In this document: in pieces, positions 52,476 to 62,362 of the stretch
Position numbering within the stretch: the first letter of the stretch is position 1
How the letters are laid out: each line of letters begins with the position of its first letter
Notes under the pieces: model-generated
What the model was told of the DNA's origin: nothing
What the model saw: the letters and a program-made list of their open reading frames with translations, nothing else
Database searches by the model: none
Source: Candidatus Spongiihabitans thiooxidans
GTDB lineage: Bacteria > Pseudomonadota > Gammaproteobacteria > Arenicellales > Poriferihabitantaceae
DNA: 64,000 nt
Direction: 5' to 3'
NCBI GenBank assembly: GCA_001543005.1
Contig: LFLB01000003.1
Location: 78,062 to 142,061, forward strand
Translations under genes and position numbers: made by a program

Positions 52476-54803
52476 TTAAAAGATATGTTGGGTAATCAAC
52501 TCTTCTAAATAAACCCAATCATTGGGTTTTTCTTGAAAGCCTGAATAGATTTTTTTGTCGTTAATTCTAAAATGCTGTCCTTCCTTAACAATCAAACCAC
52601 CAAAAATATTTTTCTTTTCCTCTGTTATGTATTTTTGTAGTGCCTCGCCTTTTAGCTTGTTATCGTCTTCCCTATTACCACTTGCTTTAGTATCAAAAAT
52701 TCCAAGTTTTCCATTTTTAAACAAGACAATAAAGTCAGGCTGAAATGTTGATTTTCTATTGTATTTTATACCAAAGTTTAAGGACATGTGTTCATTGCCA
52801 TTTTGCCACCACCACTTAACAGCATCTTGCTTATTTTCCAAATATTTAATAAAATCTGTTTCAACACCACTGTCTATATTCAAATAACATGGAGTATATA
52901 AAGATAGTGCATAGTCAAATTTCTTGTGACTATGTGGATTTAAATTTCTGCTTTCGGCAATATCCCACTCGTTATTCCATTCTTCAATTTCTTCAATTTT
53001 TTTATTTGTTTCCTCATCTTTTACTGGCTTATATTCTCTGGTTGCCTCATCAAATAGTCGTGAAAAAATACGAGCATTGTTAAGTGTAATATTTTGAATG
53101 TAAATTATTCCATTTCCAACAAGATTTATACCAAGATACTTTCTAAACCATCTGTATAAAGCCTGTTTTACAGTGGGCACGGAGCGCTTAAAGGAAAAAC
53201 CGTTTAAATTGACTTTAATGAGTGATTCAAAGACATGGAACAGATCATCTTGTGATAAATTTGCGGTCATTAATGTTTTCTCAGAAAATAAATCTGCGTC
53301 TCTACCTGAAATTTCATGTTCTGGCAACGCATCAAACAACTTTGCATCAAGATGTACATTTAATATGATTTCATCCCTGTTATCTAAATTTTCAAGGTTT
53401 ATTTTTTGTTCAACTTTCTTTCTATTTCGTTCAAGAATTTCATATTCATCTATTTTAAAGCCAAAATACTTACAGAATGTTTTGTCCAAAACTTTATAAA
53501 AACTTAAAGTAATATCGCCAAAATCCACTCTGTTTCGATAGTATGATTTTAATTTAAGCGGCTCATAAACATCCTTTCTTTTTACGGTAATTGATTTAAT
53601 AATGTTCGGATTATAGGTTTCCTTTTTAACTTCAAGACTTTTGACATTGGTATATACAAAACCTTTGTTTAAATTATCCTCTTCATAATGCTCCGCTTCC
53701 GGCATTCTGAGTATTCTGCCAATTGTTTGAATCTCAAATACAATACTTTTTATCTCTCTAAAACGAACAAGAATAGAAGCCCTCGGACAATCCCAACCGG
53801 TATCAATTGCCTGTTTAAAAATCAGGAAATCAACTTCGCTGTCATTTGGCGTCACAAACATATTTTCATTATTTACTTTTTCTTCGCTTAACCATATTGC
53901 GAGCCTTTTGTTTTCATAATTAATGTCCTTTTCTGCTAAAAAAGCTTCTACAAACTCTTTTTTATCTTCACCTGCCTCGCCTGAAGGGAGTTGAACCATT
54001 ACTAAAGGATTTATATCAATATCCATTTTTTGATAAAGTTGCCTTAATTCCTCCCGCTTTTGAAAAGCGGCCTGCATGATGAGTGCCTGGGATGTAGTTT
54101 CATCGTCATCTATCTTATCAATATTTTCATTAATGATAATTTCCTTTTTTATCATGCCTTCTTCAATAACATCATTGGGTTCAACAACCACCTTTTCGTT
54201 ATATTCGCCCTCGCGTAAAACAGGTGTGGCGCTCATTTCAATAGTTAGGTCAGCATTAACAACCTTGTCCCTTAACTCCAATGCTCTTTCGCTAGTGGAA
54301 TTGGAATGACTCTCATCAATTATCATGATGATTGTTGTTTTATCTTCCTTAGTGTTTCTAATCAGCTCTCTAAAATTAGTGGTTTCTTTATCTTTCATTA
54401 AGATATTTTTCCATTCGCCTGTTTTATTGTCTTTAGTCCTCAGCTTTTCCCAGTTGACAACAACAATTTCATTTCTGGTAATTGTTTCACGAGAACCGAA
54501 AAATTCTTGTTCCAATAAATAAACGTCTGGAAATCCCTGAAATTCCTGGTTCAAAGAGTTATAACTTTGAACATGCAAATCACCTTTGCCAATACTTACC
54601 CATAAAAAACATAAGTCCGTATCTTCGAGTTCTTCTATAAGTTGCTCAATATACTTAGTCATCATCAAGGTTTTCCCGCTGCCCGTGGACGACTGAAACA
54701 CAATCGTTTTTTTGTCCAGGCTCTTATCCAAAAGCAGTCTTGTTTTTAATAACAATTCATCTACCGCTTTTTCCTGGTACCTCTTCAGGATTTTTGTGGT
54801 CAT
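52476..54803 (-). CDS. res: Type III restriction enzyme Res subunit
   Basis: STGSGKT, IIDESH, SATP, GWDCPRA, QTIGRILR; C-terminal QPDFIV...DTK nuclease. Confidence 0.9.
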   Translation of the reverse strand: MTTKILKRYQEKAVDELLLKTRLLLDKSLDKKTIVFQSSTGSGKTLMMTKYIEQLIEELEDTDLCFLWVSIGKGDLHVQSYNSLNQEFQGFPDVYLLEQEFFGSRETITRNEIVVVNWEKLRTKDNKTGEWKNILMKDKETTNFRELIRNTKEDKTTIIMIIDESHSNSTSERALELRDKVVNADLTIEMSATPVLREGEYNEKVVVEPNDVIEEGMIKKEIIINENIDKIDDDETTSQALIMQAAFQKREELRQLYQKMDIDINPLVMVQLPSGEAGEDKKEFVEAFLAEKDINYENKRLAIWLSEEKVNNENMFVTPNDSEVDFLIFKQAIDTGWDCPRASILVRFREIKSIVFEIQTIGRILRMPEAEHYEEDNLNKGFVYTNVKSLEVKKETYNPNIIKSITVKRKDVYEPLKLKSYYRNRVDFGDITLSFYKVLDKTFCKYFGFKIDEYEILERNRKKVEQKINLENLDNRDEIILNVHLDAKLFDALPEHEISGRDADLFSEKTLMTANLSQDDLFHVFESLIKVNLNGFSFKRSVPTVKQALYRWFRKYLGINLVGNGIIYIQNITLNNARIFSRLFDEATREYKPVKDEETNKKIEEIEEWNNEWDIAESRNLNPHSHKKFDYALSLYTPCYLNIDSGVETDFIKYLENKQDAVKWWWQNGNEHMSLNFGIKYNRKSTFQPDFIVLFKNGKLGIFDTKASGNREDDNKLKGEALQKYITEEKKNIFGGLIVKEGQHFRINDKKIYSGFQEKPNDWVYLEELITQHIF

Positions 54804-54812
54804 ATTATCGCC

Positions 54813-56873
54813 CTATATGTTGTAGCTATTCAGCAACGATTGAATATGCTGGTAAAACTGTTCAACCTGTTTTAACTCGTAATCGTCATAATCGCCATGA
54901 GCAGCATGGTTGCCAATCGTTAAAAAGACTCTGTTTTCAGTGTATTCAATTTTCGTGATGATATTTTGATTGAAAAGTTTGTCGTTTAGCGTGGATATTT
55001 TCTGTTCTTTACTATTTTCATTTAGAATATTGATTCTATTGCTCTGCGATATTTTTTGAATCACTTTTTCCAAAATAATCCTCAAAATCCGTGCCCCCGC
55101 ATCCTTGTCCTTGTCGGTAAAAATGGTTGTTTTCGCTTTATGTAAATCGGTAAAAATTACATTGGTTTTAATGGATATATTCATCCTGACAAGCTGTTTA
55201 TATACATCGAGAATATTTTGTGGAATCGCTTCCAGCTTGATATTTTTAATCCCTGCAAAGAGGCTTTTTTGAACTTCGTTGCTCATGGAAAACATATAGA
55301 TAATTTTCTTGCCTTTGATCTTTTTAATTTCAGCATGAAAACTATTAAAAGTATCGTCTATTAAATTGTAGTAGATAGAGAGGGACTTATCTTGTTTATT
55401 GGATAAAAATATTTTGTAATCCTTTTCTTCGATTTCTAAATTAAAGATATTCTCTTTAATACAAAGCATTTCCGTGCATTTTCTGGTGAGATTTATTTTT
55501 ACTTGATCGCGATTTTTTGTTTTTTTGATAAGGGCGGTTTTGAAGTATTGGAAGTTACCGCCCAAGCCATCTATTATTTTGTTTTTAGGGGTAGTATAAC
55601 CATTGATAATTTTCTGAATGCGTGGATAGGTTACTTCCGTGCAGATATTGTTTTCATTATTGGTGCAAAGAATAAATTTTCTGTTACCCCCATCTTGCTT
55701 GTTTAATTCTAATACGGCATGCCCTGTTGTTCCCGACCCTGCAAAAAAATCGAGAATCACGGCGTTTTTATTGTTTTTTGCTACTGCTGTAATACACTCT
55801 TTGACATTATATAAAGATTTAGGGAATGGGAATTGGGTATTAATAATTTCCTTCAGAAGTTTTGTTCCATAAATATTTGCATTGTGTTTTTTATGAAACC
55901 ACACCGTTTTATAGTTAAATTTTGTTTTTTTTCTAATAATATCAAAGATTTTTCTTTTTTTATTATACTCAACTCTTAATTCACCTTTTATGGATTCCAC
56001 AGTTTGCCTAGCAAAAACCCATTTTCGTTCATTTCCACTAGGGTCGATTGGATACACTTCCAAAATGCCATCTGCTCTTGAAATATTCACAGATTCAGGA
56101 TGAAAATCATCGTTACACACATCGCCAAAGCCAATAATTTTATTGGCTTTTACATAGATAGGAAAAAAACAATTTTTTGCATTTATTCTTAGATGATCTC
56201 CTGTTGAAACATCTCTCAATGGTCTTATATCCGGATTATCTTCTCTGTTTTCTAATTCAATCATTCTTTTTTTATTTGGATATACAAAATATGCGTACTC
56301 ATGTGTGTATGAGAAATTATCTCCTTGAACACCGCCCGGATTGTGAATGATGGTAATGCAATCAATTTTATATCCAGGAAATATCTTTTTTAATAATAAC
56401 CCTAAATTAGCATGTTCATTTTCATCAATTGCACAGATTAAACAACCATCCTTTTTTAGTAACCTTTTGGCTAAATTCAATCTTTTTTCCATCATGTTCA
56501 GCCATTTTGAGTGCCAATAGCCATCATCTTTTTCTACATAACAGTTGTTATATTTCCAGCTTTTGTTCCCTGTGTTATAAGGCGGATCAATATAGATAAC
56601 GTCAATCTTCGCTTTATGAGTATAGTTCAAAACCGTTAAAGCATGATAATTATCCCCTTCAATCAGGATATTGTCTTCGCTGTCATCAGTTCTAATCTGT
56701 TTGCCTTTGATTCGCTTTAGAATCGGCAGGTTGTCCTCGCAATCAAGCACAACCTGTTCCGGTTCTCTTTCACTATCCCAAACAAGCCCATATTTTTTAG
56801 CTTTAAGCTCTTTTTCCTGTTTTGCGATAATTTTCAGCAATTCAGCTTTATCGTATGTTGAATAATCACTCAT
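54813..56873 (-). CDS. mod: Type III RM Mod N6-adenine methyltransferase with a C-terminal HEPN/DUF4145-like extension
   Basis: KYGLVW, IEGDN, IYIDPPYNTG, FPFPK, LDFFAGSGTT; extra C-terminal RIILE...IGNHAAH domain. Confidence 0.9.
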   Translation of the reverse strand: MSDYSTYDKAELLKIIAKQEKELKAKKYGLVWDSEREPEQVVLDCEDNLPILKRIKGKQIRTDDSEDNILIEGDNYHALTVLNYTHKAKIDVIYIDPPYNTGNKSWKYNNCYVEKDDGYWHSKWLNMMEKRLNLAKRLLKKDGCLICAIDENEHANLGLLLKKIFPGYKIDCITIIHNPGGVQGDNFSYTHEYAYFVYPNKKRMIELENREDNPDIRPLRDVSTGDHLRINAKNCFFPIYVKANKIIGFGDVCNDDFHPESVNISRADGILEVYPIDPSGNERKWVFARQTVESIKGELRVEYNKKRKIFDIIRKKTKFNYKTVWFHKKHNANIYGTKLLKEIINTQFPFPKSLYNVKECITAVAKNNKNAVILDFFAGSGTTGHAVLELNKQDGGNRKFILCTNNENNICTEVTYPRIQKIINGYTTPKNKIIDGLGGNFQYFKTALIKKTKNRDQVKINLTRKCTEMLCIKENIFNLEIEEKDYKIFLSNKQDKSLSIYYNLIDDTFNSFHAEIKKIKGKKIIYMFSMSNEVQKSLFAGIKNIKLEAIPQNILDVYKQLVRMNISIKTNVIFTDLHKAKTTIFTDKDKDAGARILRIILEKVIQKISQSNRINILNENSKEQKISTLNDKLFNQNIITKIEYTENRVFLTIGNHAAHGDYDDYELKQVEQFYQHIQSLLNSYNI

Positions 56874-57002
56874 GGTTGTATTTTTCTACTACTATCTGTT
56901 AGCACATCAAACTCGCTTTAATCAGATCTATTTTTAAGTGAAATTATGTCAAGTCCGGCTGTCTATAGACAATAGTACAGTATGGTCCAGAAACCTCGGA
57001 GC

Positions 57003-57056
57003 ATATTGGAATACTTCGGCTGCGTGAACCATATCAAATTGACTGCCAGCGTCAAT
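57003..57056. repeat. Diverged direct repeat, copy 1 (copy of the LysE/ArgO gene 3' end)
   Basis: atattggaatacttcggctgcgtgaaccatatcaaattgactgccagcgtcaat matches 59125-59179. Confidence 0.8.
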
Positions 57057-57096
57057 CTTGCAGAATGTTAAGATACCCTGACCAAAGTCGGGGGCA

Positions 57097-57564
57097 CTAT
57101 TTCTCACTCATCGGCATTGCCTTGCCATGTATCTGTTTGGAATCTGGGCGGTTCCAGTAGCGATTCGGATTATCCTTGTCATCAAGGTATTTGGAACGAC
57201 AACCCCACAGTTCCACCACATGAATCGTTGGCTCCTCGTTAACATGGACTGCAAAAGTGGTTTCAAACACCTTATTCAGCATTTCTTCGTCAATGGGTAT
57301 AGAGATAACAATTTCAGCCGCATCGGTGGTTTGTACCGTGCCTTCATTACCGGCATGGGAGCCATACAGGGCGCGAAAACGCTGACTGCCCTTGCCTCTG
57401 ACATAGGCACAGCTATCATATGCGCCCTGCTTCAACGGTAGTACCTTGCACAAAGCGTCAAGCACGGCATCTACGCCGCCTACCGGTGTTTGAATGGTAA
57501 CTTGCCACTCCCGTTCAAGATACGCTGGAGCCATGTTTATTTGATCGAGTGCATGTTTGCTCAT
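57097..57564 (-). CDS. Small protein with a NIF3/YqfO-type PII-like domain
   Basis: GAYDSC...G..RFR...GS...HVNEEP pattern. Confidence 0.55.
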   Translation of the reverse strand: MSKHALDQINMAPAYLEREWQVTIQTPVGGVDAVLDALCKVLPLKQGAYDSCAYVRGKGSQRFRALYGSHAGNEGTVQTTDAAEIVISIPIDEEMLNKVFETTFAVHVNEEPTIHVVELWGCRSKYLDDKDNPNRYWNRPDSKQIHGKAMPMSEK

Positions 57565-57992
57565 TTTTCTGTGCCTCCGAAATGATTGCGCCAACCAATA
57601 CCAAGGGAGCAATGCAGGAATTGAATACCCTTTGCGGTAACCCGCACACGGCGACCTGGGGCGCACTCACAATAATCATTTAGCAGCATAAAATTTAAAA
57701 TAGCACGTCCCAGTTCTCCGGCAATATGTGGCTCTCGATGTGAATGGTCAAGGCAGGATTTTGTGATAACCTGACAAATTCCATCAAATTTTGAATCGCT
57801 GTGCACTGCTATTGCGTGAGACATGCACCAGCGATAACCTTTTGTTGTGATGGAAAAACAGTGTTTGTCTTGCACTATGGCGTTGTTCACAAGTCCCGTG
57901 GACAGGAAGCTACGAGTGATAGCAACGCCAAGCTCTCCGGCAAGATGCTTATAACATGTGCGCGCATAGGTCAGTTCTTTGGAAAGACTCAT
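57561..57992 (-). CDS. C-terminal half of an ArsR-family regulator, with no HTH domain
   Basis: ARTCYKHLAGELGV and CLDHSHREPHIAGELG resemble the ARTCYDHLAG / CLDWxERxxHLAG subfamily. Confidence 0.65.
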   Translation of the reverse strand: MSLSKELTYARTCYKHLAGELGVAITRSFLSTGLVNNAIVQDKHCFSITTKGYRWCMSHAIAVHSDSKFDGICQVITKSCLDHSHREPHIAGELGRAILNFMLLNDYCECAPGRRVRVTAKGIQFLHCSLGIGWRNHFGGTEK

Positions 57993-58124
57993 GATCGGAA
58001 TCTCCGGTTACTGCAAATATTCAGCAGATTTGTCAATGGGGAAACCATTCTGTTTGTACTGAAGGGAATTATATACAATAGTCCCTTGACTTTGCTCTAA
58101 ATTTTACATAACTGAGTATAGTCA

Positions 58125-59012
58125 TTATCTCTCCCCTTGCGTTGAAGGAGTTTTGCTTGGCGCGGGATTTTCTGTTTTTCTCATCGTAAGATACATAACC
58201 GTTGCACTGAGAATAACCACACCGCCGATGACCGTTTTATATCCGGCTTCTTCATCGAATAATAACCATGCCCATATTGGCGCTATGGGTATTTCCGTCA
58301 GGCCAACCAAAGCAGCGGTGACCGCTGTGGTGCGTTGCACACCAAATAAATAAACACCAAACCCAAGCCCTAAATTAGCGATTCCGTACATAGCAAGCCA
58401 AGCATAATCAATCAACAGTGTATCACCGAACGAACTGAAAGGCATGGTTATCAAAGCACCTAGAAAACCTGACAGGTATGTGGATTTTGTGGTATCCGCT
58501 TCCGGAAAATACTTCGCGGCGATGGTTAGTGAAGCCATGAAAAAAGTCATGCCGAACGCCAGCATAATGCCAAATACATCATTAAATTCCTGAACCCCCC
58601 ACATGATAATCATCACACCGATGGCACACATCACACATGAAACAAGGGATAACAAATCGGCCTTCATCCTGAGAAATATCATGGCCAGAATAAATGTCAC
58701 AAGAGGCATCGTGCCATAGACAAAGGATACATTGGCTATTGTCGTATAAAAGAATGAGGAAATGAAACACACCATTCCAAAAGTGGATAGCGCGCCAATA
58801 ACAAATTCCCCCCAAGAAAAAGAAAAACATTTTTTAATATCAATTTTATCTTCACGAAAAACATAGATTAACAATACACATAAACCACCAATGAGCGATC
58901 TCCAGAACAGTGTGGTGGGAATATCAGTAGAAACCACACGGGTAAAAAGCCCCGCCGTACTCCATGCCATTGCTGCGATGAAGACCATGGTGATGCCGAG
59001 CTTTTGATTCAT
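58125..59012 (-). CDS. DMT/EamA family transporter
   Basis: About 10 hydrophobic segments, duplicated EamA architecture, EIPIAPIWAWLLFDE. Confidence 0.88.
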   Translation of the reverse strand: MNQKLGITMVFIAAMAWSTAGLFTRVVSTDIPTTLFWRSLIGGLCVLLIYVFREDKIDIKKCFSFSWGEFVIGALSTFGMVCFISSFFYTTIANVSFVYGTMPLVTFILAMIFLRMKADLLSLVSCVMCAIGVMIIMWGVQEFNDVFGIMLAFGMTFFMASLTIAAKYFPEADTTKSTYLSGFLGALITMPFSSFGDTLLIDYAWLAMYGIANLGLGFGVYLFGVQRTTAVTAALVGLTEIPIAPIWAWLLFDEEAGYKTVIGGVVILSATVMYLTMRKTENPAPSKTPSTQGER

Positions 59013-59124
59013 TTGTGATTCTTCTCTTTTAAAAATTGATAGATGCTTTGAAAAACGAATTTTGATTTTCTCATCTGAGTAAAATATATGTTATAGCACG
59101 GATTCAACTGGTAAGTGCAACTCA

Positions 59125-59179
59125 CTATTCGAAATACCTCGGCTACGCGAACTATATCAAGTTGACTGCCAGCGTGAAT
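59125..59179. repeat. Diverged direct repeat, copy 2 (overlaps the LysE/ArgO stop codon)
   Basis: ctattcgaaatacctcggctacgcgaactatatcaagttgactgccagcgtgaat. Confidence 0.8.
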
Positions 59180-59760
59180 GCAATGGCCCACATTATCACG
59201 CCGATTATGAAATCGAGTAAGCGCCAGGTTGCCGGATTTAGAAACCAGGGCTGTAGCCATTGTCCGCCTAGCGCCAAACTAAAAAACCAAACGAATGATG
59301 CGGTAACTGCACCCGCTCCAAAAATAATTTGATTGTTCGGCTTCTCCTGAACTGCAACACTTCCCAACAATACAACGGTATCCAGGTAAACATGCGGGTT
59401 AAGCAAACTAAGCGCCAGCATCGCCAGTACTGCGGTTTTAAAACTGACCTTATCCCCGCAGCCGCGCAAGTGCCCGGGAGCAAACATCCTTTTGAAAGAC
59501 AATCCACCATAAATGAACAAAAATAATGCCCCACCGATGGCGATTGCGGTTAGCAGATTTGGGAATTGTTGAATCAGTTTCCCCATTCCCAAAATGCCTG
59601 CGGCGATCAACAAAGCATCAATCAAACTACCCATTAAAGCGACCACCCAATGATGGTTGCGACCTATCCCACGAGTCAATACATAAGCATTTTGTGCGCC
59701 AATGGCGACGATCAAACCAAATCCAACCCCGAACCCCTTTAGAAATACGATGATGCTCAT
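59152..59760 (-). CDS. argO: LysE/ArgO family amino acid exporter
   Basis: LIVAIGAQNAYVL, LNPHVYLDTVVLLG, ASFVWF, WRLLD. Confidence 0.9.
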   Translation of the reverse strand: MSIIVFLKGFGVGFGLIVAIGAQNAYVLTRGIGRNHHWVVALMGSLIDALLIAAGILGMGKLIQQFPNLLTAIAIGGALFLFIYGGLSFKRMFAPGHLRGCGDKVSFKTAVLAMLALSLLNPHVYLDTVVLLGSVAVQEKPNNQIIFGAGAVTASFVWFFSLALGGQWLQPWFLNPATWRLLDFIIGVIMWAIAFTLAVNLI

Positions 59761-59851
59761 GCGCGGCGTGCTGTTGGATAACGGCGATTGGATAAAAACT
59801 GATCGGCTAATATACGAGCGCTCATAATTCGCGGAAGAAGAAAACCGTGAT

Positions 59852-60394
59852 TTATGAATTGAAATCCCCTATCCACACATCACCTGCCACTTCAATTTCT
59901 TCAAGATTGTCACCATCGCCGGCACGGTCAATCACAATAAAATCCTGGGTGCTGTTAAGCACAATCTGGAAATGATGCCAGGTGTTTTTTTTGAGGTTTA
60001 TTCCCTGGCGGCCATTGGCTAGAAACAAGGTTAGATCGTCGCCGTGCATTAGATCGTCGAAGTCCAATCGCCCCTCTATTCGCCCGGCTGTTCGCCCGAC
60101 CAGGACTAAAAACGGCTGGTCACCCATTGGAATAAATCCCTGACTGCCTAACGGGTGGCGTTCCATCACTTTGACTTTGTGCGGCAAAGGCAGCGGCGAG
60201 GTTCGAAATACATTGACGATGGGGCGACCACCCTGATCGTTAGTATCAATATTTAACAAATCATGAAATCGAGTTGTCAGCCCATGATTGATTGATATTT
60301 GTTTTGCATAGTGTTCTAGTTTGGCCAACTCAACGACTTGACCGAATTCTTCAAAGCCTTGCGCGGTCAAGGGTATCGGCCTCAGTTGCATCAT
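59852..60394 (-). CDS. allA: Ureidoglycolate lyase
   Basis: PLT...F..FG, MERHPLGSQGF, QGIN...WHH, FIVIDR. Confidence 0.92.
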   Translation of the reverse strand: MMQLRPIPLTAQGFEEFGQVVELAKLEHYAKQISINHGLTTRFHDLLNIDTNDQGGRPIVNVFRTSPLPLPHKVKVMERHPLGSQGFIPMGDQPFLVLVGRTAGRIEGRLDFDDLMHGDDLTLFLANGRQGINLKKNTWHHFQIVLNSTQDFIVIDRAGDGDNLEEIEVAGDVWIGDFNS

Positions 60395-60424
60395 CAGTTC
60401 CGATTCACTATTCGATTTCAGCAG

Positions 60425-61420
60425 TTAGAGTGCGGCAAACACTCTCAATCGACTCACGCCGCCATCCGGGTAGATATTCAGACGAATGTGAGTAACCGAA
60501 TCTGCGTCGATTATTTCATCGACAAATTCATGCTCTTTATCGGCTTCCAATTTTACCTGAGGCAGCAAGTCCTGCCAGGTCTGGCTGTCGGCATCAATAG
60601 AATTCAAATTTACCCGTTCGAGATGGGCGCCCTGAATACTACATCGGTCTGGGTAATTGCCTTTGAAATGCGCGGTATCGATTTCAATGCGTTTAATCTT
60701 GCCTGCTCTGGCCAGCGCGATCACTACCCAATCGTTGCCTGGTTGCCGACGCCGACGTGTTTCCCAGCCATCCCTCATGTTCACACCGCGACCCGGGGTG
60801 AGTAAATTGTTCATGGTACCGAAATGCTCATTGTTACAAGCGAGTGCCACACCGCCATTTAACGCCGCAGCGATGTCAACCAACTCACCTTGCGGAATTT
60901 TATCCCAGTTTATCTTCGGCTCCGCATAAACTCGCAATCTGGCAATGCCGCCATCTGGATAAATATTGACCCGAATATGCGTGTAGGTATCAGCATCGTT
61001 GACCGCATATTGATGTTGGCTATCACCATCAAGAACGCTTTGGGGGATTAGCTCTTTCCAATTGGTTTCTTCATTCGGCTCGGAATCTTCCGCTGAACAT
61101 ACATCTATTGAGGCAGCGGGCGGGTAATTGCCAGTAAAGTGGGTGGTGTCAATTTCGATGCCATGAATCACCCCGGGCTTCGCTAATTTCACGATACACC
61201 AGTCATGCCCCAGGGTGCGTTTCCTTCTGGACTCCCAGCCGTCCATCCATTTACCATTGTCATCATATTTACCTTCGATAAAAATCGGTGGTTGGTCATT
61301 TAACATACGCTCCATCGCTGCGAAAAAATCATCGCTGCAGGAGATTGCGGTGGCGCCTAGTTTTGCAGATGCCAAATTTACCCAACGCCGGGCAAATTTA
61401 TCTGGAGTGAAATCATTCAT
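60425..61420 (-). CDS. alc: Allantoicase
   Basis: SDDFFA, GKWMDGWESRRKR, DTTHFTGNYP and YPDGG..RLRV, with the domain duplicated. Confidence 0.95.
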   Translation of the reverse strand: MNDFTPDKFARRWVNLASAKLGATAISCSDDFFAAMERMLNDQPPIFIEGKYDDNGKWMDGWESRRKRTLGHDWCIVKLAKPGVIHGIEIDTTHFTGNYPPAASIDVCSAEDSEPNEETNWKELIPQSVLDGDSQHQYAVNDADTYTHIRVNIYPDGGIARLRVYAEPKINWDKIPQGELVDIAAALNGGVALACNNEHFGTMNNLLTPGRGVNMRDGWETRRRRQPGNDWVVIALARAGKIKRIEIDTAHFKGNYPDRCSIQGAHLERVNLNSIDADSQTWQDLLPQVKLEADKEHEFVDEIIDADSVTHIRLNIYPDGGVSRLRVFAAL

Positions 61421-62315
61421 GCGGAAAGTTTGCTCTCCAATGGTTAGCGATGTCAATTCTGCGAGCCAGCCAGACTCGATTTTTTGCCAGTACATAGTCC
61501 AAAAAACGGGCTACGGCAGCGGCTCTGCCCGGGCGGCCTGCCAGGCGACAATGTAATCCGATTGACATCATTTTCGGTGCATTGTCTCCTTCGTCATACA
61601 AGCAGTCAAAGGTGTCTTTTAAATAACTAAAAAATTGATCACCACAATTAAATCCTTGGGGGGTGGCGAACCTCATGTCATTGACATCCAGGGTATAAGG
61701 CACTATCAGCAACGGGGTTTGGTATGCCGTAATCCAGTAAGGCAATTCATCGGCGTAACTATCCGCGCTATAAACGAATCCGCCCCGCTCAGCGGTAATG
61801 CGATGGGTGGCGGGGCTTGTCCGACCAAGATAAAAACCTTGAGGACGATGGCCGGTAACTTCAGCGTGGATTTCGATTGCCTTTTCCAGGTGTTCTATTT
61901 CAAGCTGTTCGGATACAAATTGATAATCAATCCAGCGGTATCCATGGCTGGCGATTTCCCAATCGCTTTTCAGCATGGCATCAACCGCCAGCCGGTTTCG
62001 TTGCATCGCCATCGCCACCGCGAATGCAGTGACACGAATTTCCCGCTCTTCAAACAACCGATGCAACCTCCAGAATCCGGCCCGAGAACCGAATTCATAG
62101 ATAGATTCCATATTCATATGGCGCGCATTTTCATAGGCTTGGGCACCCACAATCTCTGAAAGAAATGCCTCGGAATGGGAATCACCGTGGAGGACATTAT
62201 TCTCACTGCCTTCTTCATAATTGACCACAAATTGCAGCGCAATTCTGGCACCGTCAGGCCACTTGGGATGGGGCTGTTGTTGACCGTAGCCAACCATATC
62301 TCTGGGGTAGTTCAT
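61413..62315 (-). CDS. puuE: Allantoinase PuuE (polysaccharide deacetylase fold)
   Basis: YPRDMVGYG, NYEEG, ESIYEFGSRAGFWR, HGYRW, GLHCRLAGRPGR. Confidence 0.95.
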   Translation of the reverse strand: MNYPRDMVGYGQQQPHPKWPDGARIALQFVVNYEEGSENNVLHGDSHSEAFLSEIVGAQAYENARHMNMESIYEFGSRAGFWRLHRLFEEREIRVTAFAVAMAMQRNRLAVDAMLKSDWEIASHGYRWIDYQFVSEQLEIEHLEKAIEIHAEVTGHRPQGFYLGRTSPATHRITAERGGFVYSADSYADELPYWITAYQTPLLIVPYTLDVNDMRFATPQGFNCGDQFFSYLKDTFDCLYDEGDNAPKMMSIGLHCRLAGRPGRAAAVARFLDYVLAKNRVWLARRIDIANHWRANFPHE

Positions 62316-62362
62316 GATCGATTCACTCCTATTCGAAAATCTGTGGCGTCGCTAAAGACCCA

